Source: Lama glama
Lineage: Eukaryota
Reading direction: 5' to 3'
Length of the DNA: 64,000 bases
NCBI GenBank assembly: GCA_028534125.1
Contig: CM052816.1
Location: 64,172,001-64,236,000 of the forward strand
How positions within the stretch are numbered: position 1 is the stretch's first letter; each line of letters begins with the position of its first letter. The notes under the pieces were generated by a model, which worked only from the letters and a program-made list of their open reading frames with translations, was not told where the DNA came from and did no database searches. This document shows, in pieces, positions 57,621-64,000 of this stretch. The translations under genes and the position numbers were made by a program.

Positions 57621-60293
57621 TACATCCGTTCTACATCTGGCTGACTGAGACAGTATCTATGGACATAAGGCAGTGAGGTGAGGGATGAGTCTACCCTACT
57701 TTTGGGACTGACCCAAGCTCTGGGAGTTAAAAGGCCATGGAAATGACACACTTTCCCTCTGTTCCAAGTAGGGACCAATGTCGTAATTCCCACTAATTCT
57801 GTCCCTCTTCGTTGTAGTCTGCCCAGTAGAGGCTAGGCCATAGGGAGGTCACTAAAAGAAAGCACAACAGAGAGAAAAGTAGAAGAGAAGGAAATATGTG
57901 CCAGAGGGTCAGAGTAAAGCAAGCTGACCTCCAACTCTAAATCATCCATCACTCAGTCGATTTCTTCTCCCTTCTTCTTAACTATGAATACTTATAGATA
58001 CCCCAACATGAGGTACACTCTTCTTTATTGTTATTACACATGTATACATTGTATCATTAAAAGTCTTCCAATACTGTTAGTGAAGATTATAAGCATTTTA
58101 AATGAGAAAAAAAAGACTCTCACTCAGAGTCACACAAGTAATACACAGCAGAGACAATACCAAACTCTAGGCCTCCAGATTTCAAACTTAATGTTGTCTC
58201 TACATCACGATTTATCAATTTATAATATACTTCATTTAATAGGGAGCATAAAGGACCAGACAAGGCTGAGTTAAACTAACCAAGAGAATGGGTTAGCACT
58301 TAGAAATCAGTAAATTTCTAGGTAAGTACTTAGCAAAGACAACAGCCTCTTTTTTAAGAATATGGAAGCAAAAAAAATTTTATCAGAATATAACACAAGA
58401 CAAACAAGTTTGCTTACAAATGCAAAACTACAAATGGCAATCTCCTTGGCAGGCCACTAACATTAATTATCTTACAGTCACCATTTAATATATAGTAACT
58501 GATTTTACTCAAATAAAAAACGTGTGGGAAATGTTACGATAACAAAATGAAACGTAAAAAAAAGACAAGGACTGAACTACTAAGATGACTAAGTCTATAT
58601 TCCAATTACCTTCACTCAATCTGTAACTCTGATAAGACACTAACCCATTCTCCTTGGTTTCTTCATCTAGAAACTATTACAATTATATACAGTTATAAAT
58701 TTGCAATATATAGCTTACAAGGACATTGTGAGAAACAATATGCCTGAAGTAGATTTGAAAAAGCTTTTAATTTCTCAGCATAAAATTCTTTTAAAAATAA
58801 AATATTTCAAAATAATAAGTAAAGCAACTAATCAAATTTTAAAAGCATTAAAAAAAGCTTACAGTGAAAAGGAAAAATCTGTGGTTATCAACACACTTTA
58901 TTACTTAAAAATTATACTATGATTTTCTTTCAAAAAGGATTTAGATATGCTAAACCTCATTGTCTTTAAGATACCTAGTAAAATAATCTAATCCAAAAAT
59001 TCTATCCTAACCTTATTTAACTAGCAAGGTAAAAGTGATGCTTTTCCTTAGAGGAAAATAAACTCTTTCCAATAGTCATATCCAAGACATTTTTCTCAAA
59101 GAAAAAATATATCCACAAAACCACACAATAAAGTACTGCTTTAAAAATGAGTTAGAGAATGCTTAATGTACAGATATTTGGAGGCAGGTGGGACCATGTA
59201 GTCAAATAACTGCAGAACATTTTTAATCCCACCCTCTACTAAGTCATCAATCTAACAGTTAAAATAAGACTCTCCAGGGAGCAGATTTCCCATTTCATCA
59301 CTTAAGGTCACGGCCTGCTTTCTACCTCTCTTCTTTTTTACCACTTGTCAACTAGAATGGAAGGCAGGAAGGCAGCTTGTGTAATTGGCTCATTTCCAAG
59401 CTAGGAGAAATCTGATGATAAATTAAGTGGAGAGAAAGCTGGTGGGATAGACTGCTCAAGTTCACTGCTCTCATGAAGCTGTTTTCACACAAAAGTTATT
59501 TGAAAATTACACTGAATCTAAAGATAACCTGCATTCTGTCCTTGATATTTCCTTAGATATCTTTTTCTTCTAATTTTAGAAACTGAAAGAAATACAATGT
59601 CATGTGAACACCTCACCTCCAACTTCAGATTGTTTCAATGGTCCCACTATCTCGACAAAGAAATGGATTTTAAAAGCTTTTGGATAAGAAAGCTTGGGGG
59701 CTGCTATCTTTCAAAACAGGAAAGACAAATGCAGAACAAACAACTAATTGTTCATGTGGACCTCTGGATAAACTAAAACTCAGAGAACAATGTGGCCTCA
59801 ATGGATTATATAAATATTTTAAAAAGGAAAAAAGAGAATACATAAAAATTCGAAGAAATGGTATATCCTATTCTTCTGCTGCCATTGAACAATTTAGTAA
59901 GAAGCCACAAATAGGCTCCTGGGAAATCTCTGAGATGATTGCTAGCTGGCCTGAATTTCTGCAAGGCAACATGACTGAGACAAATAACATGACAAAGCAG
60001 AAGCCTACTTTAAAGTCCTTGAGTGCACGTGCTTTCGGTAGGTCCAAGGTACTTCTGTGGGAGAGTTGTTTACAATCCCATTATTTAACGCTGGCGGACT
60101 CTACCAAGTAAAATACTTTACACACCGTATAACAGCTACTTTAATAAAACTCAGCCTGATATGGGGAGCACTAGATGAAACATGACCACGTGGATTTTCC
60201 TCAGATATAAGAGACATGTTAAAAGTACTGTATGGTACCTGGAGATTTGTAAAAGAATATGCACAACAGCTCTATTCAAAACAAAATTCACTA

Positions 60294-60401
60294 GAGGGTG
60301 AGTATAGCTCAGTGGTAGAGCACCTGCTGAGCATGCCCAAGGTCCTAGGTTCAATCTCCAGTACCTCTATTTAAAAAAAATTAAATTTAAATTTAAAAAA
60401 A
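60294..60401 (+). mobile_element. tRNA-derived SINE (Vic-1-like)
   Basis: gagtatagctcagtggtagagcacctgctgagcatgcccaaggtcctaggttcaatctccagtacctc plus A/T-rich tail. Confidence 0.88.
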
Positions 60402-60461
60402 GGTTTATCAACAGCAGAATGCACAAATCATGGTGTCCTCATATCCTAGAATACTGTAGAG

Positions 60462-60783
60462 TTGTGCTGTCTGGTAAGGTAGCCACTAGCCATGGGGCTA
60501 GTGAACACCTGCAATGTGACTCGAGTTTGATTTTGAATGTGCTGTAAGTATAAAACAGATACCAGATTTCAAAGACTTAATATGAAAAAGTAAAATATAT
60601 CAATATTTTTGTTGAATGGATATTTATGACTGTGGTTAATAATATGATATGCTGAATTGATTTTAGATATGAGATAAATAAAGCATTACTAAAATTAATT
60701 TTACTTCTTTCTTTTTAAATGAAGCTACTAGAATGTTTTAAATTATACACGTGGCTTGTACTGTACTTCTATTGGACAGTGTG
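60462..60783. mobile_element. MER33-like hAT-Charlie MITE with 8-bp TSD
   Basis: Termini ttgtgctgtct...ggacagtgtg, internal gtagccactagccatg; flanked by ctgtagag (60454-60461) and ctttagag (60784-60791). Confidence 0.85.
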
Positions 60784-62030
60784 CTTTAGAGCAATGAAAA
60801 TGAATGAACTATGGGTACATGAAGCAGTATGAGCAAATCTTACAAACATGATTTTCAGTGAAAGAAGTCAGATACATAAAGTTTAAAATCAATTAAGACT
60901 AGTGTTTAATGCTGTCAGCAGCAAAACACAAACCACCAAGGAAATGATTACCATAAAAAAAATTCAGACAGTGGTTACCAAGGAGAACAGAAAGGTGCTT
61001 GTGACTAACTAGGAAAGAGCATGTGGAATCCTCGCAAGTGCTGAGAGTGGTCTATTTCTTGGCCTGGGTGTTGGTTTACTTTGTTGATCTACACATTAAT
61101 TTATGCATATTTTATGAGATGTGTTATATCTCACAGTTTTAAAAGTTTTAAAGAAATGATCTCAAACTGCTTTCCTTAAACATTTATATTTGCTATACCA
61201 TGTAATGACTTTGAAGAAAACTTAAAGGATAGTATTGGGTGACTGATTGTTCCTAAATCTCCAATCAACATAACTGAAGAAATGTAAAAATGTTAGGCTC
61301 ACAAGCTGCTTTGTCAAGACTGTGTTACATTCTTCAACCTATTTTTAAATAGGTTGTCTAAATGTTTTAAAAGCATAGTAACCTGTAATTTAACGGTATC
61401 TCTTATCCTTTACTAATATACTATATGAAATAGGTGGTGGGTTTATTTCTGAAAAGTTCTATGTATATGTGAGTCAACATAATTGCAATGCACAAAATAA
61501 ACAGTTGATAAATATGTTTACAAACAAGTGAAATAATATGTTCAATTGATAAAAGATTTTTAAAAATTTTTTTTAGATTTCTAATAAATAATAATAGTCA
61601 TATCCTAACCTCTCTCTAAATAAGTTATAATATTTTTCTAAGAATAAATTATTTTCTTAATGTGAGGTATCGTATCAGAAACTTCCTGCCTTGGAAAATA
61701 AATTTATAAAGAAAATGAAAAAAATTCTGAATATGCACTAGTCAGTTCACTGACAACAGCCGCCAAGGGTGAATTAAATGACTAAATAAATGTTTACCAT
61801 ACAAAACCGTTTATTTGATGAAATTTTATGAAATGTAAAAGTGTAAGAGCTAAGCTTTAACAAATGAGAGACTCTTCTGTGCACAAAAGGCTTGGTATCT
61901 AGTAGAATGGACAAAACACTTCAACAGAAATGTTTTAGGACCAAAACTAAGCAAACTCACAGCTACCTAAGAGCAATGCTGACAATCTAATTCACACTTA
62001 ATTCATTTTTATGCAGAAGAATTAAACTTA

Positions 62031-62471
<441 letters not shown>

Positions 62472-63107
62472 TCAGATGCTGTGAAATATTTTAACTCTTT
62501 AAAATGTGTAGTACTTGACAGCAGCAAGGAAAAAAATATGATGGCTTCTATTTTCAAGTAAAAACGTTCAGGCCACTCAAACCTCCCTACCCCTGCACCT
62601 TAGAAGTAAAAAATAAATGGTATTCAACAGATACGCTGAAGTATTTTACACAGCCATATGAAAACACTTACTGCAGTACACCACCATCATACCTATATGT
62701 ACAACACATCATACCTATACCTAGATCACAGCATTAATGAGCCACCATTAGTCTATTTCAAATCTGTGATACACCTAACAAAAATCCCCTATTTCAGTAG
62801 TTTTCTTTCCCCCTCCCTATCTTTTAAAAAAAAAAATTTACACTAGGGTAGGCCAGCTTAGCTTTCTTCTTAACAAACTCCTCCTCTCCTTCCACCTTTA
62901 TTCCAGGCAGTCCCACTAGCACATGCCCTAATACAGCAAGGTCTCTCACAGTGTGTGCCAGTGGAGCTGCAAAGCCCACAAAATCATATGCATACTACAG
63001 CTGAAGAGGCTCACAATGACTATTTTCTTTCACATCACAGAGAGCAAGCAGTATAGAGGTAAGGCTGTTAAACATGCTCACATGCACACATGGGTGCACA
63101 AAATCAT

Positions 63108-63390
63108 CAAGTGGCAAGGGGCCTTAAAGGCCTTGTAGTTTCAACTTAGAACCACACAGGAATTCTCTACAACCTCCCTGACAGATGGCATTGGGCCTCT
63201 GCTTGTAAGGGTCCAGAGATGAGACACTCAACCCGCATAGGCAGCAATTCCCCCTAGACAGCTCCAGCTACAGCTCACAGCCAGCTGAAAACCGCCTCCC
63301 ACCACCACTGACACCAGTCAGTCCTGTCCTGTTTGGACAGGGCCTCATTCCTTTTTCCTAAATGTAGGGGAAGGTCATCCTGAAGCTTTT
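63108..63390 (-). mobile_element. L3/CR1 3'-end relic
   Basis: aaggggccttaaaggccttgtagtttcaac...ctacaacctccctgacagatggcattgggcctctgcttg resembles the reverse-complemented CR1/L3 3' region. Confidence 0.6.
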
Positions 63391-64000
63391 TGGCACACCC
63401 ATTCAGTTCCATCTACCCTCTCTGAAAGCCACATGCAGAGGCCAGTGACAAACATTAATGGGAATCCCTTTGGAAACCTCCAGGCCACAGATGACCTCAG
63501 GATTTTGAGTGCCTGACAGAAACCTGAATGCTACAAATGTAATAAAGCCTCTGGCTCGCTCTCTCTCAGCCTTCCACTACCTATGATACTTGAATGCTGC
63601 AGAGATGTGACCTGAGGATGACAGCCAGATGATGCCTAGGGTTCACATGTGGGGCACCTGAACCCCACTTACAGTCTCCTCCGAGTGAGGAGTTCTTTCA
63701 GGCCAGGTTGTTGAAAGAAACATTATTTAACTTAGTAGAAATCTCTCAGAGTAATATAATTTTATCTTGACAGTACACACTCAGCAACACAGTAGAAAGA
63801 GAAAAGTGTTGTAATAATTTTTTTACGAAATTAATCAGTTTTAAAAGAACATCCTCTAAAATCAAGTTACTATTATTGATTCAAAATAAGAAATTTTGAG
63901 AAATGTAATATGATAACCTTTGGTTTTATTCCACAGACATTATCCCTGTTTTCTGAATGGATAGTCCAGTCTCCTCTATCTCTTTTCATCAAGAAGTTTT

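Larger units (their letters stand above)
60180..61150 (+). mobile_element. Old L1ME-like 3' relic interrupted by a SINE and a MER33-like MITE
   Basis: ...atcctagaatactgtagag[insert]caatgaaaatgaatgaacta...gcaaatcttacaaacatgattttcagtgaaagaagtcagatac reads as continuous L1M 3' UTR once the inserts are removed. Confidence 0.65.

Overview
Mammalian genomic DNA: AT-rich, CpG-poor and repeat-rich. The whole window lies inside one minus-strand gene, ZSWIM6 (SWIM-type zinc finger protein). Nine internal coding exons were mapped by hand with canonical AG/GT boundaries. Their lengths are 357, 149, 151, 180, 177, 147, 147, 261 and 136 nt (1705 nt), and they splice into one continuous reading frame. They correspond to about exons 2-10, numbered from my recollection of the human gene; the first and last exons are outside the window. 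The introns carry a ~8.5 kb nested LINE-1 cluster, a second ~2.2 kb L1, three tRNA-derived SINEs, an MLT1 LTR, hAT/Tigger MITEs, MIR/L2/L3 relics and microsatellites. The SINE and young-L1 sequences suggest a camelid genome (inference). Most ORFs in the supplied track are spurious or L1 debris. I found no convincing novel multi-gene system. The most interesting unexplained signal is a strongly delimited 132-nt candidate poison exon (12149-12280). It sits upstream of an unusually weak acceptor for the 177-nt exon, which has an 18-bp palindrome beside its putative branch point. Several repeat-free, motif-dense intronic blocks look like enhancers but need conservation data.
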